From Phoronis australis (taxonomy: Eukaryota; Animalia; Phoronida): 64,000 nt of DNA. Shown here in pieces: positions 12,001-25,029 of the stretch. Each line of letters begins with the position of its first letter. The first letter of the stretch is position 1. Made by a program: the position numbers and the translations under genes. The stretch lies in contig NMRA01000906.1 of assembly GCA_002633005.1 (NCBI GenBank), positions 38,671-102,670 on the forward strand, written 5' to 3'. Under the pieces are notes generated by a model. The model did not search any database. It had not been told where the DNA came from and saw only the letters and a list, made by a program, of their open reading frames with translations.

Positions 12001-14014
12001 CTTCATCAATTCAGCGTGCATATCTGTCATAATCTGACGGCAGAAAATGCTTGCCACACACTCGGTAACCCTCCACTGCTTTGTACGTTGCGTGGACGGG
12101 TAACGCTGCGTTCTTCACATGAACGAGCTAGCCAAGTACGCGAAGTGTGTCATCCTTCGGAAAGCGGCGCAAGGTACCCAAAGCGCGTGTGAGACGTGGC
12201 ATGTTGACTGACTTGTAAACAAAAGCAAACGACGACCGAACTGATCACAACCGAGGTAGAATAATGACTCACTCGACAGCTCTCACAGTCATACTATAAT
12301 GAAAAGAAATTGGCGCGAAACTCTTGCCTCCCCAAACGTCACTTCCGGAGTAGATGACGAGAAATTAATCAAATTACGAAAAGTTGCAATTAAGTGAAAA
12401 ATTTGTCTGGGATAATCAACGAACCTTATTTGTGCTAAAAGTGACATGAAAAAAGGTTGCTTTCACCTTTAATTGTGCGTGTAAAAGGGTTTATAGATTC
12501 GTACTGAATTTGTTGCTGCAACTTGTCTCATGGGCCTGTATCCGGCACGTGACCACAAATGTGGACACTAATTCGGCTATTGCGCAAGTCGACTGTAGCA
12601 AGGTGGCCAGTGAAAATGTAAGGCAGTGACAACTCGCATTTCTAGTCTCTTATTATGAAAACCATTGAAGGCAATTACCAGCACCTGCAAACAAGAATTT
12701 GGAAGTATGGAGAATTTCAACAGGAGTTAGTTGTATACTTAGTCGCGAAGCTACCGACATTCCAGCCACGGTTACTGCCGGTCCTTTGAAGCAATTATAG
12801 CACATATATACGAATTTTTAAGAATGGCAAGGGTGCGTTTTGTGTTGACGGAAATGTCCATGGCGTCAAGGAATTTGAGGCATTTAATGATGAACAACAC
12901 CTAGCAAAACTAACTTCCAAGTATGCATACTGTGGCGGAATTAAGAAATACGATTATGGCAGTGCTAACTGTAGCAGAACCACAAAGTGTGCTAAAATGG
13001 TAGAAAATTAGGCATAACATTTTTGTAGCCTGAGCAGATAAAAGGTTGATTGGCGCAAGAGAAGGCCGATGTCTTCAATGCTCAGAAAAATTTCGGCAGG
13101 CAAGAGACTTGCCAAGAAAACGACACAGTTGAGTCCGGGCATTCTAAAGGAAGAACTGCAGCCAATTCCAATTATTCGGTGCAACTTCTCTCACCCGACA
13201 GTGTTGTTTCACGATACCGCAACCTCAAACAGCGTCAAAGAAACGAAACGCGGAGGATGAGATATTACAGAGTATTAATATTTATTCTTGGATACAGGTG
13301 TCCACCTCAAAATTAATTTCCCACGGCCATTCTTTATGCCAATAGCAATGTTTTCGTCAACTGAAGAACAGGAATCATGGACATCCCGCACGCTCCGTCT
13401 ATGGTTCTGACACTTCAAACTTTTGTCAACACGACATGTAGCCGCAGAAAGTTTGATGTTGACCTCATTCTAATCTCTGCAATCCACTGTCAGGGGACGA
13501 AAACAATTCAAAGTCCGCTCCTCGAAATAGGGCTTGCTTAGCTGGAATTCAGAACTGCGGTCATGAGAGTGTTTTCACCTCCTGATTGCGAAGCGATCGA
13601 GTGGTATCTTCATCAGCGCGTGCTCTCAGTGGGAGGTCACCGCTTTATCCACTCAAGCGCTCGACCAACAACTGACGAGAGTCTCAGAACTCCCACATGC
13701 AAATTTGATATGCAAATGAGGGAGTACTTGACTACTGCGCCATCTATACATCGACGGAAAAGCTTAAATACCCGTGACTGCGTGTGGGAAGTTGCGATTG
13801 AGTGCTCTGAAGTCGATATTTTTAAAGTACAATTACACCACTGTTTAAGGTTGCAAAGTGAGTTTTTTGATATCCTTCTATAGAAAAAGCTTTAATCTCT
13901 CTGATAAAATCATCTGTTTCCTTTTAAACGAAACTTAAGTCCTGAAATTAGACCGGGGAAGGAGGCCAAAAACGGCGGTTTAGCTAGTTGTCCCTTCCTG
14001 GTTATCTCTTCCTG
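9093..14014. mobile_element. Sola2-like non-autonomous DNA transposon (copy 1), 29-bp TIRs
   Basis: CAGGAAGAGATAACCAGGAAGGGACAACT at 9093-9121 is perfectly inverted at 13986-14014; flanks CTAT / ATAT (4-bp AT-rich TSD-like); sister copy begins GAGGAAGAG. Confidence 0.65.
11171..12468 (-). mobile_element. Kolobok-type internally deleted element with ~275-bp TIRs and THAP-transposase remnant
   Basis: TTAA|AGGCGAAGGCAACC ... GGTTGCTTTCACCT|TTAA. Minus strand encodes RRFPKDDTLR, YRVCGKHFLPSDY, RLKKGTLPSL (THAP) and KFIVD..LELFGRCQVCG..QWECVAGHSGKWDSS (Kolobok transposase N-terminal Cys/His motif). Confidence 0.85.
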
Positions 14015-14389
14015 ATATAGCTCATTGCGCTGTAGGCCTGACCCGCGTACTCACTGACTCGTGTGACCGGGTGGTTTGAGAGACAAGTAGGCTACTTAGA
14101 CGCGGGTCTCTGTCATTGCATGACATGACAAGTTCCAAGGAGGAGCTCAACCAATTAAAGTTCCCTAAATCTTTTGCCTATGTGTGTCCATGTGTACTCA
14201 GAATTGTGAGTTCTGGCCTTGACATTTTCTGTAACGGGCTAACTGAATTCAAAACAAATAGGAACTGAGTCCTTCAATTAGGTGTTGTAGCGTACAGTCA
14301 CACGCACATTAGATGTCTCTCTTGTTGTTGTTGACCCAGCGGTTACACGCGTATAATAATAATACCGTAACAGTGGCTCATAAAACTTT

Positions 14390-15300
14390 ATTTATGATAT
14401 GATACGAGAAAACGATTTTCAATACGGTGTACGATTTACGATACGGTTAAACCTGAAACAATTAATAAAGATAATACAATATATAATACAAACTGAAGTA
14501 CCAAATACATCATACTAAAATACAGAAAATTGCATATCTAATAATATTATATCAACTCACAATTTGGCAAACAATAGTTTGCAGAAACTCGTAGTTGCAA
14601 CAATTTCTATTACAACACTTTCTATGAATAGTAATCAAATAATCAAAGAACTGAGAATAGTTGTTTCTAAAGTCAAAGTTTATAGTAAAGCATCAAGAAA
14701 CAAAGTTGTCTCTTACCAACGCTGGCCATCTGTGATATTTTTTAAGCAAGAGCAGCAGCCTCTCTCCAAGCAATATGAATTCTAGAGTAGCTAACAGAAT
14801 ATTTATACTGAACACAAGAAAGGTGGGCGAGATAGTTCAAAACATGAAAATCCACAAACTTCCTCCAAAATGCTACATCTAGTTCCAAAACAATTCTCTA
14901 AACAAAGTCGCTGGTTCCAAAACAATTCTGTGAATCAATCTGCTGGACTCCAGCAATGAACCCAAGTCATTACCAATTATGGTGCAGGACAATCAAGAGT
15001 TGAGTAATTCCGATGGAAAAGTAACAGATTATTGTTGTTGTCGGAAACGCATCCCAAAGCTGACAGAGTTTTTCACTGACTTTAAGTTACACAATTTGCA
15101 AAACAAGGCACAATTGTTATTATAAACATCCCACAACTGGTAACAGACGTGGTGAATCACTTCCCATGAACTCCTAGGAGGTTACAAATTTTGGTAAACA
15201 ACCAATATGTTTAATTAATTATACACTAGTTGCATAACATTGCTTTTAATTAGACTAATTATCTACAGCATCAAAAAAATTTCAACAATAGGTGTGTTGC
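14390..15300 (-). mobile_element. Decayed LINE 3' remnant
   Basis: Minus strand gives FCKLCNLK...LDCP (C-terminal zinc-knuckle-like) and ends in a CATAT/AATAAA-rich tail near 14390; heavily disrupted. Confidence 0.3.
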
Positions 15301-15793
15301 ATGAAAATATTCCAAATGATTTTGAAAATTCAACGTCGACTTCACTCTCGATTTGTATCTAAGCCAAACGGATGACTTGGTAATGAAAAGTGCCGTTTAC
15401 ACTACAAAAGTTAACAATGATCAGTTGACACAGAACGAGATGTTCTAGCTCAAGTATATGTGTAAACGAGACTGATCTGGAGCAAATTGACACCGCGGTG
15501 ACAACTTTTGCCAACCTGACCCTACCTCTTTCTTCTCCATTCGTAACCTCCTTCTTGGTGTTTCCCAATTACCCCCTTCTATTCCTAGGACACACGCCTC
15601 CCATCAGCCCAGGTCAGTTTTCCCTCACCCCCTCTCATTGATCCCGGCCCGGTGACAGTATTGCCTGCACCTTCCCCTTTAACAACATCCCCTTCGTATC
15701 CGTACATTCTTAGTATCATTCGTAGCTTATTACGTTAATGTTTTGTTATTTCTTAGGTTACTTAACTTGTGCGTCTCTCCTCCCTGTTAGCAT

Positions 15794-18700
15794 GAGGAAG
15801 AGATGACCAGGAAGGGACAACTGTTTTAGCGCATTTTAACGTGATTTCAAAAGTAAATGTTCAAGTTATCTGGAATCCAAGTATTATGTTTGAAAGATTA
15901 ACTCTTTAGCTATAAAATGACACCACTTTGGTCCTCAAAGACTGTACATTACTGGTACTGGGATGCTTTGAACGTGACATACTTTACCCTTCCAAAAAAT
16001 GCCTCTTCCCAGGCATGTACTCGAGCATGAGCCTCTTTTTTGAACCAACAGATGTCACTAACATGTGCAAATGAGGCTCGCATCGCTACGTCATACGACG
16101 TCATACGGCGCGAGCTTCCAATTTGAAACGCCAGGTGCCTATAGTGTATGACTTGAAACGCAGTAGTCTACCTGATCAGGTATATCTTTGATTCCAAGAA
16201 AACTAAGAGCTCACCCAAGTCAATGTTCAAAGAACATTGAGTCTGGTTTCACATGAAAATACATTTAATTTTATTTCGATATGCGTGGACTTTATCATTT
16301 TGCTTAAATCCAGATTTAGAAGCAGAAATTTAGTAGCGTTAGCCCTACTAAGCCGGCCACCACGGTGGCCGGCGTCGTGGCGGTGCCCCGGAAGTCTGAT
16401 CCATGCACGTGCAATTCGATGAACTAATGCTAGTCGCTGGTCAGCTCCGCTATGATTCATTTGCCGGGGACGTGCGGCTTAGCTCGAACCTATACCCGTG
16501 TTCTGGCTCCAAAGATCGTTTTTTGATCCCCAGTTTCGGGAAAAGTTCATTTTAATAGGGTCATTCCCTGAAGATGTTTTGAAAGGTGTGATCCCCGAAG
16601 TCCTTGGCCTATAGAGCTCATCAAAACTCCTTGTTGAAACACGGCCACTTGTACAGCGGTTGGGGAAAATAATCGTGTGTCCCAAAAATGTACACACTTC
16701 AACGCCTGCACTTCAACTTGAAGTTTATTTTTCGTATATATCTGGCCGCGGATTCTACGCCGGCCTAATGCATGACTACACCTTATTTTCAACGTAGGTA
16801 CGTCACTGAGTCATGGCGTGCCCAGCCTGTGCAGTATGCACGGGAATGGCAAGCAAACGATTCGGTTTAGAACTAGAACCAAAATTCATTGCACAATACT
16901 ACTGGGGCAAGGAAGTGCAAAGACAATCTTTACAAATTTATGAGCAATGACTTGAACTTCTTTTTCGATCTACGGTTTGCAATTTTTTAAAGTTCACTAG
17001 TCTAGTTTTTAATTCAATAGAGCATTTAGGGCTGCTCGACATTCATAAACTTATCACTGTTATCGTTAGTGTACATGTACTTCATTGCGATATGGTGGTC
17101 TGATGATTGGTCGAATTTTCCCAAGTCAGCCTTCAACTAAGTTCAGTGAGGCATCATCATTTCTTACAAGGTAGCTTCTGTGCTGTGCACTATTGTTTTG
17201 TGTTTTTGATGTTTTTGGAATCTCAACTTCCAAACGTGAGTAGTTGGCAGAGTCATGTCGGAGGTGCATAGAGGGCGCAGCACTGAAAAATGTGGGGCTA
17301 AAGCCCCCTCAGCTCCCCCCCCCCGTAGTGCACCGGCCTATAGACCATATGCAGTGTAGCACTGAAAAAAGTGGGGCTATAGCCCTTCCCCCCAGCGCCC
17401 TATGGTGCGCTGCCCATTGACCAAAAGGTCAATTCTCCCGAACCGCCCCACCGAGAGAGGATCCCGTCTAAAACGGAATGAAAGACTAAAAGCATCAAGC
17501 TTGGGAAAGAGTGACAGATGATTCTTTTACACGTCGTGTAACCCAGCAAGAAATAATATCCCTCAATATGAAAGCCGGTTGTGCGATTTCACAAAAAAAA
17601 CAGGAAAATAGAGGTAATCACTGAATTCCAACTTTGGGCCCTCTCTGCGTGAGCGGCCCCTTTAATAATTTGTCAATAAAAACACGAAAAAGGTGGTCAC
17701 CAATGGCCCCCTTCAAGTACTGCTTAAGTCACTGAACGGGAAAACGCTGTCATGCAGTGAATATGGAAGGCAGCAGCAGGCCAGTGGGCGTGTGTGATAA
17801 CTTGGATTTCTAGTCTCTTATTATGAAAACTATTGAAGGCAATTATCAGCACCTGCAAACAAGAATTTTGAAGTATGAAGAATTTCAAAAGGAGTTAGCT
17901 GTAGTCTTAGTCGTGAAGCTGCCGACATTCCAACCACGGCTACTGGTCCTTTGAAGCAAGTGCATATAAACACGAATTTTGAAGAATGGCAAGGACACGT
18001 TTTGTGTTGACGGAACTGTCCTTGGGGAGGAAATGAGACATTTAATAATGAACAACTATTGTGGATTAATTTGGGAGAACACTACCAAAACTAACTTCTA
18101 AGTATGCACACTGTGGCGGAATTAAGAAATATGATTATGACAGTGCTAACTGTACCTGTGTGCGATTTTTGCCGAAATATCTAACGTTAGACTTACAACA
18201 GGCCCGGGAAATGCTTTAGAGTCAGAAAAATAGGCGTAACATTTCTATAGCAGAAAAAAGGTTGATTACCACAGAAGGCCGATGTCTTAAATGCCCAGAA
18301 AATTTAGGAAGGCAAGGTGACTTGCCCAGAAAACGGCAGTCTAAAGGAAAGTACTGCAACCAATTTCAATTATCCGGTGTAACTTCTCTCACTCAACGGC
18401 GTTGTTTCACGATACCGCAACCTCCCAAAGAAACGAAACGCGGAGGATGAGATATTACAGAGTACAATTAGCAATGATTTGACAGTTGAGCTTGAGAAAA
18501 CCCAGTGTTGAGCTATCGTTTATTAAAGACGTTAAATTTTCCGTTGAGAATCTGACTAAAGTCATAGATGAGTGCGACGGGAAGGATATCGAGGAGTACA
18601 CGGAGAGAAAGGAAGCTTTAAAGGTTGCTTTCTTTGAAGACCAGGAGCGAAACCGTGAGTAATAAATTAATGAAAAATGCATGGTATTATAATATCAATT

Positions 18701-18908
18701 AAAAGCTTTCAAACTATTGCGTTTGTGTGCTGTCCATATTAATATTTATTCTTGGATACAGGTGTCCACCTCAAAATGAATTTCCCACGGTCGTTCTTTA
18801 TGCCGATAGCAATTTTTCGTGAACTGAATTAGAACAGGAATCATAGACCTCTCGCGCGCTCAGTCTATGGTTCTGACACTTCAAACTTTTCTCAACACAT
18901 ACATGTAG
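15794..18908. mobile_element. Sola2-like element, copy 2 (right end missing)
   Basis: Starts GAGGAAGAGATGACCAGGAAGGGACAACT; colinear with 9093-10690 and 12635-13440; lacks the Kolobok insert. Confidence 0.75.
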
Positions 18909-19016
18909 TCTTTGGTGCAGGACTACACGACGCTTATTCCCAGCCATCTTATTGGTCCATGTTATCACGTGCCATACACAGGAAACCAGCGAGGGTCAGC
19001 TCTATGCTCTCACAGG

Positions 19017-19146
19017 CTGGTTATTGTCACGTGTCTAATTCATGTAAATTTTCCGTTTGTTCACATTCTCACATGTTTCAGTTCACTTTCCCCGACTAGT
19101 GTCAGTTACACAGACGTACTTGTCCAAACACTCTTCAGTTTTACCC
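19017..19146. repeat. Interspersed repeat, inverted copy at 23458-23588
   Basis: TTATTGTCACGTGTCTAA...TGTCCAAACACTCTTCAGTTTTAC matches the reverse complement of 23458-23588. Confidence 0.75.
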
Positions 19147-19334
19147 ACCCTACCCTCACCTCACTATTGGCAGAAATTATTTTTTAGTTTAGTTTCAACC
19201 CTATTCTTTGTGATTGTATACTGGTTTTGCCAACCTCGATCTCCTTTTCATCTCTGGTAACTCAGTAGCTTGTGATGATATCTTACACCGACGACTGATT
19301 AAGTCCATTCTGGAAATTAGGGTTGAGGGGTCAG

Positions 19335-20163
19335 CTCTCTTTTGTTCGATAGTTGCTCTAATCTCCAATAAGATCATATCTTATTGACTCACTGGGCTGT
19401 GGTGTTAAAATAAATTAGGTTATAAAATGTATGAACATAAACTAAAGACATTTTTCTGAATTCCCCCGTCAGATAGGCTGGTCATGCTTAAAGTTTTTGA
19501 ATCACCAAAATCGCCCAACTATATAATCGAAGTTAAGACTCACACGCTCACAACCGCTGTCCGCCTGCTAAAGTCACGGAAAGGGAAAACGCCCTAATGA
19601 ACTTTAAAAACCTGTCATTTATCTTTATGACTCCAATGACGTCATTTTTCACAGAAGTTCACATTAAATTTAGAACCCCCATTAATCTTGAGTTGAGCTA
19701 ACACGGCGCTGTCAACCGGGAAATAGTGCGAACCGAAATTCGATGATAAATTAGGGAGGAAACGCGGTAGGGGATACATTCATATATTTTTGGAAAGATA
19801 ACGTTGCGAGGAATCCAACGATACCAAAAGCATGCGTGTACATGACGGCGACATCTCGTTGCTCCCAACTTGTTCGATTCTATAGCCCAACAACAAGTTG
19901 GGAAGTTTACCCCCGTAGCCAATATCTTACACGACTGCTTAACTCCATTCTTGCGTTGATGGTTGGAGGGCCTGCGCTCTGTTGTTCGATAATTGCTCTC
20001 TCAGATCAGATCGTATCTAACCTGACTGGGCTGGGCTGATAAAAATGAACGTTAAGTTGTAACATATTTGAGCTTAAACCAATAGCATTTCTGAATTCCT
20101 CGTCAAATGCCGATCATGTTGCGTTTTTGAATCAACTATATCGCCCAACTACAACAGAAGTTA
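19335..20163. repeat. Diverged ~200-bp direct repeat pair (19335-19535 and 19975-20163)
   Basis: Shared TTGTTCGATA.TTGCTCT ... ACTGGGCTG ... TTTCTGAATTCC ... TTTTTGAATCA ... ATCGCCCAACTA ... GAAGTTA. Confidence 0.7.
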
Positions 20164-21120
20164 TAGTCCAGTCATTCTACGGATGACCCGGAAAAAATTG
20201 CAACAGAAGATTTTATTGAACAAATCGTATCCTCTCACACCCCTTAGTGTGAGAAAAAAGTCTACCGAAATCGGAGTGGGGGAAGTTGATTTTCAAGATG
20301 GCGGACAAAATGGCCGCCAGATTTGCAGATGACCATTATAACTCGAGAGTGGAATGCGATAGAGTAAAAATTCACAAAGGTTTAGCTATCTTTGGTGGGT
20401 CAACAAATCCATTGGAAATAGTTTTGCATGGCTGTGGTAACACCATCCGCCATTTTCCAAGATGGCCTCCAAAACTATTTGGAGTCGCACAACTCTTACC
20501 AACAGATTAGTGTGTCGTCTTGCTTCAAACATTGCATCATAGGTTTTCTAGGTCGACTAATCCATTGAGACTCATTGAGTTTGGCTCTAATTATTACTTC
20601 CACCACTTTCTAAGATGGCCACCAAATAGTTGCTTCATGTAAGAACTTCAGATTCCAGAGACACGCCATTTTCACAGATTTCATATCCTGAGTGTTTTAG
20701 GTCAGCAGGTCCATTACAATAATTTTTGTCTGGCTCTGATAATTACGACTACCATTTTCAAGATTGTTTAGCGAATAATAACTTATTTGGGCGAAAAACA
20801 TCAGGTTTGCCTGGACTGAAGGATCATTCTCCTCCTGAAAAAATTTGCTGTATCGAAAATAACTCTCTGCGATTAATTTAGTGATCTTCTATCCACAACG
20901 TCTGTGTCACCTCCAGTTAGTTGTAAATGCTAACACCAACAGTTGAGACAGGAGAAAGGTTTAGCAAGGTATGTTTAGCAAGTTAAACAGTTTATAAGTA
21001 CTTGCTCAGCTCCCACCTTGCTTCTCTTTAATGATGTTACAGGTCTGTCTGAAGCAGTCATTCTCAGTCTGTGGTCAAAATCTCTGCACAATGAACCAGT
21101 ATTTACACAACTAATCTCTG
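20164..21120 (+). mobile_element. Academ-type terminus/subterminal region
   Basis: Begins TAGTCCAGTCA (Academ ends start TAG); 20185-20310 matches 4183-4305; repeated (C)AAGATGGC/AAAATGGCCGCC motifs. Right boundary uncertain. Confidence 0.5.
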
Positions 21121-21854
21121 TCAACTGAAAATGTATCTTCATTCTCGGGGAACTTCAAATACGAAATATATACTGCGTAGCGAGAAAAAAAAAAGATTTA
21201 GCAGAACCACCTTGGAACCGCACAGCCGCGTGGATAGTTGTTTACCACTTATCCAAGGTCAAAGGTTAAAGGGCTTTCAAGTAAATCGAGTCTCCCGCCA
21301 GGTACAGAACAGCTTCAGTCCTTTCATTCACAAATTCACCATAACATTGAACCAACGAGGTGTGGTTATGATAGAATGGTGGCGGGGAAAACGAAGACAA
21401 AACGTAGCTTTGATCCTAAGGGAGTTGTGCGTCTACATGCATACGACCGTTGACGTTGAAAACGAATGCTACGAGTTGCCTCAGGCCCGGCCTCAGTGTG
21501 GTCATGAACACAGAAAGTTGTGAAAAGAGATAAATCCTCCCCCTTATTCCTTAATTCAATTATTAAGTTAACATTTCGATGTTTCGATTTCATGTTGACG
21601 ACTTACTTTAACCACCAATTCAATTTTTGTTATCTATTTCTTACTTGGTTTGGTATCAGTCTCCCAGCACGTGACGTGTACAGGCTATGAACTGTGACCT
21701 ACTTTTCTAAGTAGGTCGTACAAAACGGCATAAGTTGGCTGCGAAAGATAGGTCTATTTGAGGTTTTAATGATATTTAAGTTAGTTACGCACTGCAAAAT
21801 TAGTTGACATTGCAAGAAAACATTGAAATAGATGACATAGTTAAGGATTCTATA

Positions 21855-22481
21855 GGTTATGTATACCGAAAACAAGTTTTCACAGAGTAATTAACCAAAG
21901 ACTTACAGATTTTCTCGTGTCCCAGTTTAATCGGCTTTTTCTCGGCTTCGGCAAATCGACTTTATTTGAACTTAGGAACACGAGTTCTCGAAAATGGCAC
22001 GATGGATTTCGCTGAAACTTTCCTAAGTTAATATTTAGTCACCAATCTCAAAAACGCTGTTAGGATTTTTGATATAAAAGCTTAGTTTTTGTGTAATGTG
22101 GCAAAGACGAATACGACTTCAATTATTTACAAAAATACCTTAGGTTTTGCGAGTTTATTTGTCATAGAAACCAAACAAACAAACTAATCGAAAATTCCTA
22201 ACAGCGTTTTTGAGGTAATTGATGAAGTTTTCATTTAAAAAAGGTTTCGTTAAAATCGGCTGAGGGGTTATTTTGCTATGAATGTACCTTTCTTAAAAAT
22301 GAAATTTTTACTTAAAAAAGGTTTTTACGTAAAAATAATAAAGACAAATAAATACAAAAAGTATATTTATATTTCCTGGTCTTTGTTCTTTCAGAAAATA
22401 TTTACTTTTACTAGGTGACAAGGCTTAGTTTTTTGATATAAGTGTTAGAATGGAGGCCACTAAATAAGGTTGGACATAACC
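21855..22481. mobile_element. Kolobok-type MITE (~630 bp)
   Basis: TATA|GGTTATGTATACC ... GGTTGGACATAACC|TTAA; internal inverted pair CTCAAAAACGCTGTTAGGA (22047) / TCCTAACAGCGTTTTTGAG (22196). Confidence 0.65.
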
Positions 22482-23591
22482 TTAACCAAATTCATATCAA
22501 AATTGTATGAAAATTGAGCGGAATTTTATGGTTTCCATGTGTTGGTCAAAGCTCACTCGCTTTTCCACGCAAAACATCTATTCAAAGCCAACTGAGGCCA
22601 GGGAAGTACCGTACTTTGAACGGCTAATGCTTCGAAGAGGTTGACAGGATTTCAGTTCCCGAGAGCGCTTATAGATGGCAGTATAATCAACATCATAAGC
22701 ATATTTTTTGAAATCCATAGAGAAAAAGTGGTGACCAAAAAGGTTGAAAAATGACTAATATTCAATTGAGGGTGCATTTTAGTTCCACATACTATCATAA
22801 AATATAATAATCTCTGCCAATAGTGAGGCGAGAATTGGGTGGGTAAAACTGGTCGCTACCGGTCTGTGCTGTTCCCTGCATGCTTAGCCCTGCCAGCACG
22901 CAGGTATCACGCAGTGGCACGCGCTTTAGCATTGGTCGATGTAACCTCGGCAGTCACTGGTTAGGTTTAAAACACCGTGAAAAAATGGCGGACTGTGAGC
23001 GATTATTAGCCTTGTCATGCAAATGGCGTCGTAGCAACTATTTCGTTTCCTGCAGTGAATAGCCGCATGTACAATATCTCAGTGGGCGATTTTAACCGGT
23101 GTGTTATTCATTCTGTATGAATACATGACAGTATCGTAAACAAAAGTCATCGACAGTAGAAAGATGCTCTCCTTAAAGGCGCAACCACAATTTCTAGGAT
23201 TCACTTTTCCTGAACATGAATTTTAAGCACCGCCTCTGTACTGGTTCCTAGGTACAACAGACCACATTTACACTTCAGTCCATCACTTATGCCAGTTTGT
23301 TTCCGTAAAGCGCTGCGTGTTGAGAATTCGAACAGCCAATCAGAAACGCCGGTGTACAAAAATTTCCCGAGGAAAATTGAGACCTCGAAATGAATTAAGT
23401 GATACCTCTGTGCTGGCGCGGCTACCGCCCCACCTAGAGAAGGCAGGGAACCAGCGAGAGTAAAACTGAAGAGTGTTTGGACAATGTGTAGTAACTGACA
23501 GAACTGAGTCAAGGAAATTGAAGTGAAACAAGTGAGAATGCGAACAAACGGAAAACTCCTATGATTTAGACACGTGACAATAATCAGCATG

Positions 23592-24189
23592 TGCATGCCG
23601 TGAATAATACGCTTATGAAAGTCACATAACTTTCTAGCGCTCGTCCTTCTGAGGGGATTTTCCGGGATCAAAGAGATAGCGGCGCCAGAGTCGGACTCGG
23701 TTGCGATGTCCGCATTGTCCGGTGCGAGCAAGACCCAATTAAGTGTAATTAGCCGATTATAACGTGTAGTAAACACCTCTGCCTGTACATACTGGCGAGT
23801 TTTCAAAATGTATTAACCAACAGTTTTCGTTACAAACAACTTACCACAGCTGTATTCAGATGGAAAAACCAACCAAGTTTGGTTTTCGATTTTTAAAATT
23901 CGATGAACTATTAAGCTAAAAACTACAAACATTGGGTAAACGACTCTGCGTATTGATATACTCCGTGGATTAACAAACATTGGTCAGAGTTAACAATATC
24001 ACGTGGATTATTCTTTTAATATACAACTAAGCTACATTGAAACATTTATGAACAACACACAGTGACTAAATTAGACGTCAATAATTTTTAAAACATCGCT
24101 TATGGCCCAGTGCATTCCGAACTATTTTACTCCCGGGGAAGTACACTAACCAGAAAACTGCTATTCGCGGAAATGCATCAATTTCGATA
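23592..24189. repeat. ~600-bp interspersed repeat, inverted copy at 43842-44457
   Basis: Continuous reverse-complement similarity, e.g. CCAGAGTCGGACTCGGTTGCGATG and CCCAGTGCATTCCGAACTA in both. Confidence 0.85.
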
Positions 24190-25029
24190 GTTAGCAGCAT
24201 AGTTATCGGACAATTTGTGATTTATGGTTCACATGGGCCTACTGTGAAAACTACGAAAGCATGTTTGTGCACAAATTCCAACTTAGGAGTACCTGTGAAT
24301 GCAAAAGATACTTAGCCTATATAACGTTTTTGGTTTAGAAAAATATTAATTTTGTTCGAATTAAAAAATGCGCCTCTGCAACGATTTGACTAGTTGAACC
24401 TTTGCTTGTTTATAATTCAACATTCTCAAGTGAGCAGTTCTTCTTGGAAGGGTTGAGTGGCCCTTAAAAGGGTCGTTGGTTGTAGTGTGCATGAGCCTTA
24501 GGACCCTTAGGTATAGCGTGAAATGGTTCTTAAAAGAACCGTTGAATGATTCAACATAAATCACACAGTATACCATGCTCATCCAAGTACTGAAGGTCTT
24601 CTTCATAGCAAGTTTTCATCAGGGAATGCTGGATGAAAACAGAGGAGATGACAATATCGATGACAGTTGTAACACCTTAAATAGTATTACTGTTCACCAA
24701 CGTCGTCACGAACCCTGCCTCGTTCAGTTCTTTTTCCTGTATCCACAAATAATCCTGAACTGTCGGGAAAAAGTGACAGACAACACAACGCATCAAATTT
24801 CGAAAATCATCGCCTTCGTACGATTCCGTGTTGCTGTCACCAGACATGTTCTTCTCCAACATCCATGTAGAAAATCGACGTTGCAAGTGATGGAAACTTG
24901 TCTACGCTGTCATCCTTTGTTTCTAACCCTTAATTCATTTTTAATAAAGGGTTCCTGTTTTTGTCTCATGTTGGTAGTGCATAACTTTTGGTTTTACAAT
25001 GTATTAATCGTGTTAAATACATATACTGT

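Noticed and set aside
19335-20163. Direct repeats as LTRs or a CRISPR-like array
   Set aside because: Only two diverged copies, no TG..CA ends, PBS or PPT, and no repeat-spacer periodicity; no CRISPR array seen anywhere in the window.
23201-23806. 201-aa minus-strand ORF
   Set aside because: Spans two unrelated interspersed repeats; no protein-like motifs.
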